The notes under the pieces: model-generated | What the model was told of the DNA's origin: nothing | Seen by the model: the letters and a program-made list of their open reading frames with translations, nothing else | The model's database searches: none | In this document: in pieces, positions 1 through 12,400 of the stretch | Layout of the letters: each line of letters opens with the position of its first letter | Position numbering within the stretch: the first letter of the stretch is position 1 | Source: Sphagnum compactum | Taxonomy: Eukaryota | Assembly (NCBI GenBank): GCA_965153455.1 | Contig: OZ234493.1 | Span: forward strand, 20,822,213-20,886,212 | Length of the DNA: 64,000 nt | Direction: 5' to 3' | Position numbers and translations under genes: made by a program

Positions 1-98
1 ACAAGACAAAATTTGGAGCTGGAAAAAAATTAGCACTAAATTATGCTTGTAATCAGCAGCATTCAGCAACCATTTTTGAATTTTTTCTTGTAATGCAC

Positions 99-1568
99 CT
101 TGAGGAGTTCAGAAGGTCGAAAGCCACCCATCCACATAAAGCAGCGCTCAGCTGGTGTTCGCCACATTCCTGATACCAGGTGGAACACATCTGCTTTAGC
201 AGCAACAGCCTTGAGGCGGAAGATATCATCATAATGTGCCATTCCCCCATCTACGAGCAAGCGTAACTCATTGTCAGCCACATGCGCGTGCAATGCTGCA
301 CGAAGCTCACACATCTGTCGATGTTGCTCTTCCACCCATCTTCCATATTCCATATCGAAAGCAGCCGCTCCTGCCCACATAACCCATCACAAATACTTGA
401 GATTTATAATGCGCGCCTTGACTGTCGCCATGCATGCAAGGGAAATGTACATTCAATTACACAACTGTGCAAAACACAGGAATCTCATACAAAGATCATA
501 AAAAGTGGGTAACTCAAATGTACCTGGATTCAATGTGGTGACATTCACACCATTCGTGCCACCACCAGAATGAGGATTCTGATCAATACCATACCCAGCC
601 CCACCCATGTAAAGACCCTGAAGCCACAAAACCTCCAGGGGTGGCTTTTCTCTTCTCAGACTCAAAAATACCTTGGAAAGAAGGGACTTATGGAAACAAA
701 TAGGGCATTACTACACCTCCTCCACAGAGTAGAGAATTGTGAAAGATGGAGAAAAACTCACTTGCTGCCGAGCTCTTTGAAGCTCCTGCTCAAGTTGATT
801 CAACTTGATTCGGCTTGATTCAAGTTGTTGTACATATGCCTAACTCACCCACGAAGAACAACTCCCCATGTTTGTCAATTCCCATAATCTTGATCCATGA
901 AATGAACACATGATTTTTATTTTTTTCGCTGTGAATTAAGTTTCTGAAAACAACGAATTTCACTGTGTTGTGGTGGAACATGGGAATTGGAAGAAATAAT
1001 AATAGTAATAATAATCACCTTCTTTCGAAGCCGACTTTTGCGTGCAGCTTCACGATTTTGAGCAAGCCGTCTGAGAGCCTGCACACCAAGAACAACATAG
1101 AATTACAAAGAGCTTCAGAAGTGGCTCCATTTCAAACTAGCACACACAAATTACATAACAGATAGCAGAATTCTCAGCTTCCTGCCCCTGTGCATAGAGA
1201 AATGGGAGGGATGGAAAATGTTGATTGCCAAACCTTGGAGTCACCATTCCTTGTTGCTTCCTGGTCAGATGTAGTTGAAACAACTGTTGCACCATGATGT
1301 CCATCATCTAGCTGCAACACAACAATCCAAAAACCAATCAATGGAATGGAAAATAAGCAAGCAAATACTTTTGTGACAGAACCCAATATGGTGAGTGACT
1401 AAATGAATTTGCACAACTTGAAATGACATAATTTTGCAAGAGAAAAGCAGGGAAAAAAAAGAGAAAAAAGGATAGTAGATAGAGAACTTCTCATATTACC
1501 CAGTTGTCTACCTTCGCATCAGCCTCCAAGTCAGTAGAAGTATCTGTTCTAGGACTGTTGTCTGCCAT
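99..1568 (-). CDS. TGA: TGA-class bZIP transcription factor (bZIP plus DOG1 domain); 3' exons lie beyond position 1
   Basis: GT-AG exons with consistent phases: 1568-1512 (MADNSPRTDTSTDLEADAK), 1311-1234, 1078-1019 (ALRRLAQNREAARKSRLRKK, TGA basic region), 839-762 (AYVQQLESSRIKLNQLEQELQRARQQ, zipper), 617-524, 370-99 (AFDMEYGRW...KADVFHLVSGMWRTPAERCFMWMGGFRPSELLK, DOG1 region). The true start may be further upstream. Confidence 0.93.
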
Positions 1569-2324
1569 CCTGGAATCAATCTCTCTCTGCTTGGTACTTA
1601 AAAGAGGTGGAGTTGAATTTTGGGGCAACCCAAAAACCCACTTGATTCTATGACAATAATGTATGTGCTGGAGAAATCGAGAAAAAATGGAGTGCTTGCT
1701 CGCTTGCTGGAAAGATTGAAAAAAAAAGTGTTGGGTGGTGTCACTTGTAACTGACTTTGGAGAATTTTATTGGCATGATTGCTGTCCCACACAAACCAGG
1801 AAAAAAAAGAAGAATCCCAAGTTGAGAGTTTTATCACTTATAAATGAGCGTGAATTGAGTTGTGCTCTCCTCAATCACTTCAGCATTTTCCATGAGATGT
1901 AAACAATGTTTACTCAGACAACAATGTAGGTGGTTATGGTATCATCATCATCCTCTTCACTTTGAAATTAAACCCAAACAAAAAAATCTAGAAATGAGCA
2001 AACTTTTAGAAAGAAAATCTCTTAGAGCTCGAGTAGTAGAGCCACAGATCAAAATCCACAAAAGAACTGCATCAAGTTCTGGCCTTTTGTCTCAACTGTA
2101 AAGGATTTAGTAGAGAGAGAGAGGAGAAGAAAGAATCAATCGCACATCAAAGCCCTCACATCAAACTCATGTACAGAAATCCAACTATTGCAATCCCTAC
2201 AGAGGAAGTAGGAGAAAAAAAAGGCTGCTGCATTAGTTCTTACTAAGTAAGGGTTGATCAGATTTCTAAATCGGATTTCGACAGGAGACCAGTGTTTCTA
2301 AGTACTACTCCACTCTCTGCAAGT

Positions 2325-2490
2325 CTCAGAGCTCATGGTTAAAGGGAAAAAAAAGCTCTAAGCTGAGGATTGCAGACCTGATGGGTACTCAAAAACAGCT
2401 AAGCTGAGGGTCTGCAGAGCTCATGGGTACACAAAAAAAAAGGCTAAGCTGAGGATTGCAGAGCTCATGGGCCTAGACAAAAAGAAGCTA
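2325..2490. repeat. Degenerate ~40-bp tandem repeat (AAGCTGAGGATTGCAGAGCTCATGGG core), 3-4 copies
   Basis: The core motif recurs at about 2360, 2401 and 2447. Confidence 0.6.
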
Positions 2491-4247
2491 GCTCTACCAA
2501 AACTGATTCCTTCCTGAAAAGAATTTTGCCAGAAACCAGCTTCTTCAGTAGAAAAACAGAAGAAAGAGATGGGAAATAGTGAGCATTCAGCTCCACACAG
2601 GGTGGGTAAGAGAAATGCCAAAAGGGCGCCGGGGGGGGGGGGGGGAGGAAGAATAAAAGAGATCTAGGCAGGATGTAGGAGCTCCTCCACCTTGAGGTTT
2701 TCTTGGTAATAATGACCCCTCTTCTTCTTGCAGCTGTTGTTGCTCAAATTTGAAACGGTTTGGCTGCTGATCAAGCTCTCCTCTACTTGTGCCCATCACA
2801 ACCAGCTAAGAAAAAACAACACCCACCCACTCACTCCCCCAAAGCCAAAAAACAAACCAACAAAAAGACCCACAAACCCAGAAGCTTCTTTTCACTCCAT
2901 CTCCCTCAAAAAGCCCAAGTTTTCAAACTTCTGTCAAACGTCCTGTGAGCCACCAGGAGCTCTCCTGTGAGAAAGCAGCAAGTAGCCATCCATCCACTCC
3001 CACTCTCACTCCTCCCTTGTTGTTGTTCCTTTCCTCCAGGGCATGCAAATGGGTTCTGTGGGGTAACCTCCTCCTCCTCCTCTTCTTCTTCTTCTTCTTG
3101 TCGCTCACTTTAGTCCCACTTCGCACTCTCCTGAATTTTCCTATGAAGAGGAGTAATATACAAAACAGAGAACAGGAAAACAAAAGAAAAAGAAAAAATC
3201 TATCTGCTATTTTACTTACAGCTGCTGCAAATCTGCAACTCACTGGCAACAGCCCACCAACAATTACTCCCCAAGGGAAGGGAATAAGGGGGGAGGATGG
3301 GGGGCACAGCAACAAAGACAAGGGAGAAAAAAGAATTTAAAACAAAAGGAGCAGGAGCACAGGCTCCTACAGGAGCAGCAGGAAGAGGAGGAGGAGGAGG
3401 AGGAGGAGGAGCAGGAACAGCAGCAGGATGGTCAGAAGTACTCAGAAACTTAGAGCTTCATAGTCAGATCTGCTCTGCAACAGAGTTGCTTTTACAGCCT
3501 ACCCACCAAACAAAATCCCTCTTAACCTCCAACGATCCAAAACAGCAACCATATTGGGTTGGCTCCAAATTTGGCTAGGCTACTACTGGAAGCTCTCGTC
3601 TTCTCTCTTCTCTTTCTGTCTCTCTCTTTGTTTGTTTGTTTGTTTGTTTGTATGTCTGGCTGCTCCTGTGGGGAAGGGGAGGGAGTGTGGGGGCCTGGGG
3701 AGGGGAGGGGAGGAAATGGGGAATGGAAGGGGAGGGGAGGGTAGGGTAGGGTAGGGGAGGGGAGGGGAGGGTCCAAGCAAGCAAAAGGAGCACTAGTGTA
3801 CCACGTGATGTGTCTGCCCTAAACTGCCGTACTCTCTATTTCTCATCACAAAATTTGCACTGTAATTAAAGCACCCAACTTTTACCCCCTACCCATTTCC
3901 TCCCCTCCCCCCCCCCCCCACCTTCACTTTTTTACCCTTTAACCCTACCCCCACCAAAAATAATAATACTAATAATATTGTCTTATTATTTTTTATTTTA
4001 AAAAAAAAAAACTTAAACTCAACTCCACTTGACTGGAGTAAACTAGACTCAAGTCAACTAGATTAGACTCAACTAGACTCAACAAAACTTTGATTAGACC
4101 TAACAACTTAGGAGAGGTTTTTGTAGTGGAAATTGAGGAGGGTGCCTTACACAAGGCAATTTGGCTCTGCCCCCTTTGGGAAGAGACTACACATTGATGA
4201 AGGATTTAGGCTCGGTCCCTTGTTACAATTGACATTGTGTTTGTTTT

Positions 4248-4550
4248 TTGGCCTTGCCTATCAAGGCAAGGATATTGTGTTTAGATTCATTATAGAGGTA
4301 TTATTTATTGTAGCTTAAGGTATTTTGGCCCCTAGGTAATAATAATAATAATAGGTCTCTATTTTTATAGGAGGTTTTTTTTTGTGAAAGATGGTCTTTT
4401 GGGTTGTGTTGAAACTTGAGATTAGTTATAATAGAGTTATAATAATATCTTCTTGAAGGAGTTTGGTTTCTTTTAGAGGATTGCTTTGAAGATTATATCT
4501 TTGCATGGTGAAATTATATTTGAGTTTCCATAATTCTTCTTTTGCCTTAA
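4248..4550 (+). repeat. Dispersed repeat, same family as 18140-18395 and 19470-19710
   Basis: Shared colinear blocks TTTAGATTCATT, GAAACTTGAGATTAGTTATA and ATAATTCTTCTT. Confidence 0.7.
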
Positions 4551-6189
4551 GAGACTTGTTAATGTGAATGGCAAGGCCAACGGTGTGACACACACCCCCT
4601 TGTGTTTTTGTGTTTTGGTGGCTTTGCCCATTGTGAAGAGACTGCATATTGGTAAAGAGGATTTGTGCTGGATCCCTTGTGAGGTATGTTTGTTTGTTTG
4701 GTTTGGTTTGTTGGCTGGCTCTCTGCCCATTGGGAAGAGATTACACATTTGTGTGTAAGATTTGGGTTCAGTTTGTTTGGCTCTGGCCACTGGGAAGAGA
4801 CAAAAGAGACAACTTGGTCCTTTATTACAACTGTTTGGTTTGGTTTGTTGGCTCTGTCCATTTGGGAAGAGATTATTATTATTATTTATGCATAAATGGT
4901 GTAAGATTTGGGCACAAAATCTTGGCTCCAATTTCACCACCCAATGTTGTGATTCACATTTAAGAATTTGGCCATCAGATTTTGGTTTGAACTTCACCTT
5001 ATGTGTGCATATGATGGATGGATGCATGGATGGATGGATGGGTATGTTCCTCAAATTGGTCCCAACACCTCCTAAGTCAATTTAACCATACCATATTCCT
5101 AGAGAAGAAATGGATGGGATGAGCCAGGTTTTTTTTTTTTTTTTTGGGGGTTGTGGGGGCGAATTTTCTCAATTCTTTTGGGGGGGGGGGGCGTTTTCTC
5201 AGGAATTTTTTCCTTTATGTAAATTCAAAAAAATTGCTTAAATTTGGGAAAAATAAAACTCTCGGGAATTTTTTTCTTAATGTAAAGTCAAAAAAATTTG
5301 GAAAACAAAAATTCCAAACTTCCAAAACCACAAAACTGAAAAATATTTTTTTATAAAAAAATCCTTATGGATGATGGGATATGTGTAGTTGTTACACAAT
5401 GAATGTGGATGTGTGCGTCGTCGGTCCAGACTTCATCCTGACTTATGAAAAAGAAACGGATTTGAAATGTACTTGAACATGATGGGTCCGTCCCTCCCTC
5501 CCTCCCTCCCGTCTTCTGTCAGTGAGTCGGGTGTCCAGAGTTGAAGCATTTTGTGCAAAAAGAAAGAAAGAAAGGGATGGAGGGATAATGTATGACATGA
5601 TAATTGTCAGTTTAGTCCGGACTCCAGACGGCCAGACAGACCGATCATGGAGAATAAAAATTGGATGGGGATAGATAGATAGATAGATAGATATGTATGC
5701 ACCACATCCGACTCCTACTACAAAGAGAGAGAGAGCCGGACAACAAACAAATCCGTCCAAAAATGCCAAACTTTGTGTGTTCGCCAGTCCGCTAGCTGCT
5801 TACTGGTTACTAACTTGATCAGTCTGAAACCCCAAAATCTGTCCCACCCGAACTGAGATCGACAAAATGCATGTTTGAATGAATCCCCCCCCCCTTCCCT
5901 TTTTCTGCTTCACATTCGGTTTACTTAATTACAACAACCAAACATAAACTTTTTCTCCTTCTTCGGACCGTAAAATTACAATGCCTTTGATCACTCGAAT
6001 CTGATATCCGACGGACGGAGCCCACATATATATATATATTTATAATTATGTGCACTAATATTTATCTAATCATTACCGTAATTTATTTTGCGTATATTTC
6101 ATATTTGAAATTGCTGATATCACAATTTTAAATTTTATTTTGTTGTCAAAATTTAGAAGAAAACATCACATTTTCTTTAATGTAAAAAA

Positions 6190-6470
6190 GGGATGAAACC
6201 ACAAGTTAAGTTTCTATCCATCATTTTTCTGTTCGAAAAAATATATACAAATGGATGAGACCACAAAGTTTCTATTTTCTATCCATCAATTTTTTGGGGA
6301 AAAAATATACAAATGGATGAGACCACAAAGTTTCTGTTTTCTATCCATCATTTTTTTTCACCCATAAAATTTATTTTAAAAAATGGATGAAACCACAAGT
6401 TAAAGTTTCTCTAGCCATCAAAATTTTTTAGGAAAAAATTATACAAAATGGATGAAACCCACAAAAGTCT
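6190..6470. repeat. Imperfect ~60-70-bp tandem repeat (GGATGARACCACAA...TCTATCCATC), about 5 copies
   Basis: Unit starts visible at about 6191, 6254, 6315, 6385 and 6450. Confidence 0.7.
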
Positions 6471-9400
6471 GGGAACAGATGACAAATTGTTCATGTACTC
6501 CATCCAACATCTGTTCAACAACAAGAGGAGGAGGAGGAGGAAGGAGGAGTAGCAGCAACTTTGTACATGCTTTCTTTTATCCCCTTTCCCATTGCTTTTT
6601 CACTTACATATATTTTAGTTGGGCATCTCCAGCACACCAGATCCCACGTGGCTTCTGCTCATTGCCTTTGGCCAGCCAGGAGAAAAAATGATGGATGATG
6701 GATGAGAACTTTTCACTTTTCTGTTCATACTCTCTTTTTTAAATGATGGATGATGGATGAGAACTTTTCACTTTTCTGTTCAAACTCTTTCTTTTTTTTT
6801 TTCTTTCTCAATTTTTAGTTTTGAGTTGTACCTTACACAGAATATAGTGAGTAATAAGTGCATGCAAATTTTTTAATTGGGTTTTTTCCTTTTTTAAATA
6901 TAAAAAAGTTTTTTTTTCGCTTTTTTTTCTTTCTTTTTTTTCCTTTTCTTTTTGGTTCTGACTGACACTTTCAAGTGAGTGTTTTTGGGTTGTTCAGTAT
7001 AATGAGTAGATATTGTTCTTATGTAAAAACAAATTATTATTATTATAAAAATACTTTCTTTTCTGACTGACACTTTCAATATAATGAGTAGATATTGTTC
7101 TTCTGTAAAATGCTGAATTTTTCTTTTCTTTTCTGGCTGACACTTTCAAGTTAGTGTTTTGAGTTGTTTGGTGCAATGAGTAGATATATATTAAAAAAAA
7201 TTTAAAAATTAATTTGGGTTTTCTTTTTTCTTTCATAATAATGCAACGCCCTTTCTTTCGCATGCGGGTTGACCATAATACAAGGGGCAGCTTCAACACA
7301 TGTGTGTAGAATAATTAATAATTTTTTTTGGAATCTTTTGGAGATATTTTTAAATATTTCAAAAAAGGATTCTCTATTTTCCTTCAGAAAATCCAATAAT
7401 TTTGACACTTTTTAAAACATATTTTTAAAATGTCATTATGATTGTAATAATAATATGAACTAGAAAATAGTTTTGATATGATAATTCAAATGATACCTTT
7501 TATATAATAGTTGCACCTTCAAATTAAATGTTTGCTTTCAATCATGTTACAAGTCAACATTCATAACATGAGCTTAAACCCCAAAATATTGAGACAACAA
7601 TTGAACCAAAACTATGCATGAAAGCTTTTCAAACTCATCAAACTTCACTATTTCCACTAAGAAACTAAGAATTTGATGTTGTTTGGGTTGGTTTCTTTTA
7701 ATCCTTTCATTTAGGATCTAGACAAAAACATTCCCACTTTTAATTTCTTTCTCATTAATCCATTGAAGCAATCTTGGAACTTCATCAACATGTGCAATCA
7801 CTATTTGTATGACTATCATTTAGGATCCAACAATAAGGTTTATGCCTCCAAAACTTGACAAGCTTTTCTTCCACGAGGCCGGCATGTTCCACAAACTTTC
7901 AATTGAATGGCCTTAAACGATCTAGTGGAATTGTCTTTGCAAAAAGTATAGAATGTTTTCACATTCTATGGTAACTGGAAGGATATTGACTTAAGAATAT
8001 AATCATCATCAATTCATTAGCCTATGATGCTCCCACATATAATGGGACGAAATTAGTATTAAATTAAGTATTAACCAAATCAATATTTAGATTAAAGGTT
8101 TGAACTTTCATTAATTGATGTTTAGCTTCACAAAATCTAAATACATACTTGATAGATCAGCCTTAAGTCTTTGCATCAATTAATTCATATGAAAAATCTC
8201 AAATGGCCTCATTTATTTATAATCAAGCAAGAATGGGCTTTTCATCTAATAAGGATAGGATGGAGAGCTACAAGTAAAATGTTAAATTGTCATTTTGTTA
8301 CCTTCTAAACATGGCTAATAAATAACTTCGAAGGCCAATCCCACGATTCGATGATGCACTTTTGACGAAATAACAAATTTAATTTAAAATGCAAAAAAGG
8401 CATTCACCACAAAATGTTCGTATGTTTACTTGATAATCAAAATAGAAATGTGTAAATGATTGCTTCTTTGTAATAACCCATTAATTGTGTGGTGAGACAA
8501 ATTATTGTGTACATTTTCAATAGGTTGATGCTCAAATTATGTTTTAAAGATTTCAATTGGATTGAACAATGTTTCATGCTTTGCATTTCTTAAAGCAACT
8601 ATTTATTCAAATGTGAGTAAATATCATTAAGTTGGAACAATAAAAATAATGTAACATGATCTTCATACTCTTATTCCACATGTTACTATATTCAAATTCA
8701 CTATTAACAACTTCAAAAGAAAAATTAAAAATGTCTAGCTTTAACAAATGATATTTCTTAGTATTGTTATTGTTACATAAGTCCAAGGTGAAAAGTTGAA
8801 AATTCAATGTAATTGATTAACTTTATTTGGAAGGAAAAGTTAGATACCTACCTCAATAAGGTGGTTCCAATATGTGGGTTGTACAAGTGAAAAAAATTTA
8901 CAACTCCCATTGTAATTATTTCAACATAATTAAACCCAACAACAAATCAAAATGAAAAAATCCTCCTTGCTTTCAAGCTCTAAATTGTGTGTGTGTATAT
9001 GAAAAATAAAATAAATTCATGTAACAAGAAATAATTTGACTTGTATTTTGACCTATAAGCAATTTAGAAGAGATGATGGAAGCATTCTAATTGCAATTGG
9101 AAAACACATAGAAAATACGTGCATGATCACAAAAAGGAAGATTCCATTTCATCACAAAGGGAAGGAGAACAATTTTCCCATGGTTTTTTTCAAACCAAGG
9201 TTGTTCAAAAATTGTCATTCAAAATGATACAATCTCTTTAAAATAAGGTAAGCCTAATGAGCCAATATATAATGAATTAAACAACTTGTTATATAGCACG
9301 CTCCATATTGAGATTATCAAAAGCCTATTATTTCATCTACATTAATTTGTCCAATATTGATTTAGGAAGGTTTGAAAGTAACACCTTTTCGTAATTACTT

Positions 9401-12400
9401 ACTTTTATGCAAACTTTACATTTGGAAGTGCCAAGTGAAGAAATCTTTGAACCAATTTAACCCATTCTTGGATGACTTCTTGGGCAACTTTAACCCATAT
9501 TTAAATACATTTTGATGGTCCAAGACAAAGTGATGCAAAGGCAATGGGCTTTATGGTTTTTTGACAAAAAAACTCCCTTTTTATGTTTTTTTTTTTAAAA
9601 AAAAGTTTAAGACTTTGTGTAAGTTTCAAAAACTTCATTTTTCCACCCAAAATGTCTCACTATGGATGAAAATAGCACAATCCTTATTTCCTTCATATGT
9701 TTCATGGTCATTTGTGATGTGAAGACAATATTTGGTCCATTGCATCAACTTACATGGTGTCAACATAGTGGAATACGAATGATGGTCATGCTTATATTCA
9801 TTATGTAAGGGATAGTGGTTTTATTGTCAAATTGTGATCTAAGCCAAAGTGGCAATCAAGAACTGGAATATTTAGCCAAATTTGGCTACAAACAAGATAT
9901 GAAAATAAAAATATTAAACATCCTTTTATATTTTAGGCTACCTACTTGAACCAAGTATAAAAATCTGGTTTTTTTGGGTGAATTTCGGTGATTGAAAATC
10001 CCCAAGAAAATCACTTCATTTTGAATTTTGAACATTTGTTTTTTTGGTTGGTAAGGTCCATATAATGTTTACAAGAAAAGGTAGTGTGTCAACAATTTGG
10101 AGGACATTAAATTAGTAATGGGTCCTTGTAAGTACCACATACTCTTTTTTTTCTTGTTTGCCTTTGACCCAATCCATCATTTTGAAAAATGGATGATGAC
10201 CAAATTAAAAAATTGGTTCCTATTATGCATACATTGGGTGTGTAATAGACATTAAGAGGCATAATGTGCCTCCTACTATTCATTACATGCCCAAAATGTG
10301 TATAATAAGACACAAAATTTGTGAATGGGTAGCACCAAGATGTGTCTAGTCATCATCAAACACATCTTGGTCAAACTATTGGGCAATTAGGGGGAAAAAA
10401 AACACAAACAATACTCTTGTACTATCTACAGTAAGGACCCATTGTTTTTAACATCATCATCCAAATTATCATGGTGATTTTTTTGTAGTTCATGCATGCA
10501 TAATGTTGATTTCCAAAATTTTTACATTCTTGTCTAAATTACATTCCACAAACATTAACTTCAATTAACACATGAGAGGAAGCATTTCTACACAAATACA
10601 AGTTATCCTATCTTTCTCAAGGTTAAATAATGGTAATACATTGATTTGATATAATGGTTTTCTTAAATGATTAAAAGTATAACTATTATTGTGAATGTGT
10701 TTTGTATCACAATGACGACACTTGAAACCTTTAATTTTGAACAATTGATAACAAAAATCACAAAGGTTCAAGCTTTACAAGGTTTCGTTATGGTAATCAA
10801 GTTTTCATTCTTGCACAATCTATTGACTTCATATAATACAACAGTTGTAAAAGATATAGTTTTACATTGTTGCAAGGGGTTGCTTGTGTGTTTATCCTTT
10901 TGGTTAGGGAGTTGTATATTTAGATTCCCATGGACACTCAAAGCACAAAGCTTAAAGCATCTTACATGAGGCTTCAAAAGGCTTAATTGGTCTAATATAA
11001 ATTTAAAACTTTTTAGTCTTCGTTTATTTACATTCAATTGACAAATGTTGGGTTTAGGTTTTAAGACTCTCATTTTTGTGGGGCATTTTTCATGAAATTG
11101 GGTTTGATTCACCATAAGGAGAATTAAAAACATGCACATTCAAATAACTTTGGTTTCAATTTAACGTCATTTCATCATTTTGGAATTGTCTTTTTTAACA
11201 AAAAATTATGTGTGCTTTCCATGTTGATTTTTTTTCTTTGGTGCTCTCTTTTTCCACAATGTGAACTTTTCATTCTTAATCATTTTCAGAAAATCATGTT
11301 TGGTGTTAACCCCCTTTGTCCTTCGTTTCCAAATCCTTCCTGAAGCCATTGTTTATGTTTTATTGAGAATAGTCAAAAGAAGGGTGATCAAATGTTATTG
11401 CAAGATATTATTTCAAGTTTCCCCCAGCTTGAAATAAAATATTATCTTATTGAATAATTTGACAACCATTTAATAAATCAATATAATCCTTCATGTTACT
11501 AGCATCATCAACATGAAATTGTTAAACAAATTGTGAAAATCCTTCCATACTAATAACTTGTGTGGATAGGGGACAACAAATAATGGTGAATTATAAACGT
11601 TATTCAATAGAAACAAAGAGACAAAATCATAGTTTGTTTAGTATTCTCCTCCTTTTCCACATATTTTTTAAATGGTTTCCATCTAATAGTTAAGATTGAA
11701 AAACACATGAAAAAATTGTGACAACTCTTGGATCAAACCCAAAAGTTTAGTTTTCATTTTATGTGAATGTTTTTTCCTTAAATTGAGAATTTGGCATCAA
11801 AACAATGCCATGTAATCAACCATTTGACTATTGAATTTTTAGGTTTCAATTTTAATCTGAAACAATTTGAAATTTTAATTGATAGGAATGTTCCATTATG
11901 GCTTAGGTTGGTTTTCAAAACTTCATGTAAAGTGTTTAGCTCACACGTGGTAGAAAGATGTACCACTTTTCCAAAGAAATTTGTTTCATTAATAGTCAAG
12001 CTTACTCACATCAACTAAGCATTTTCCATAAATTGTTGACCTCTTGATGAGGTGGACATTAAATTTCATAGCATCATTAAGATTCATAAAATTTGTGAAC
12101 CAAATATACATGTGGTTTGACATAGCTCTAGGTTTATTGAATGGTATCAACTATCAACACAATAAAATTTTGATTATGCAATAACAAAATTTGGTAAGTC
12201 TATGTTACATACATTAGCTTTTTATGACTTACATGATGGTGTAAAAGTTTTGGGATGACTAGGATGAAGTTGCGACTTGTTTTAGATTCACTTATTGATC
12301 ATCTCAATTGCACAATTAGACAAGGAGGGCGATCGGTGTAATTTGAGCCAAAACTAGATCATAGATTCAACCATGGTCTACACTTTAAATGGGAATGTTG

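Noticed and set aside
2923-3793. Cluster of short ORFs upstream of the TGA gene
   Set aside because: Derived from microsatellites and purine tracts in probable UTR or promoter sequence.
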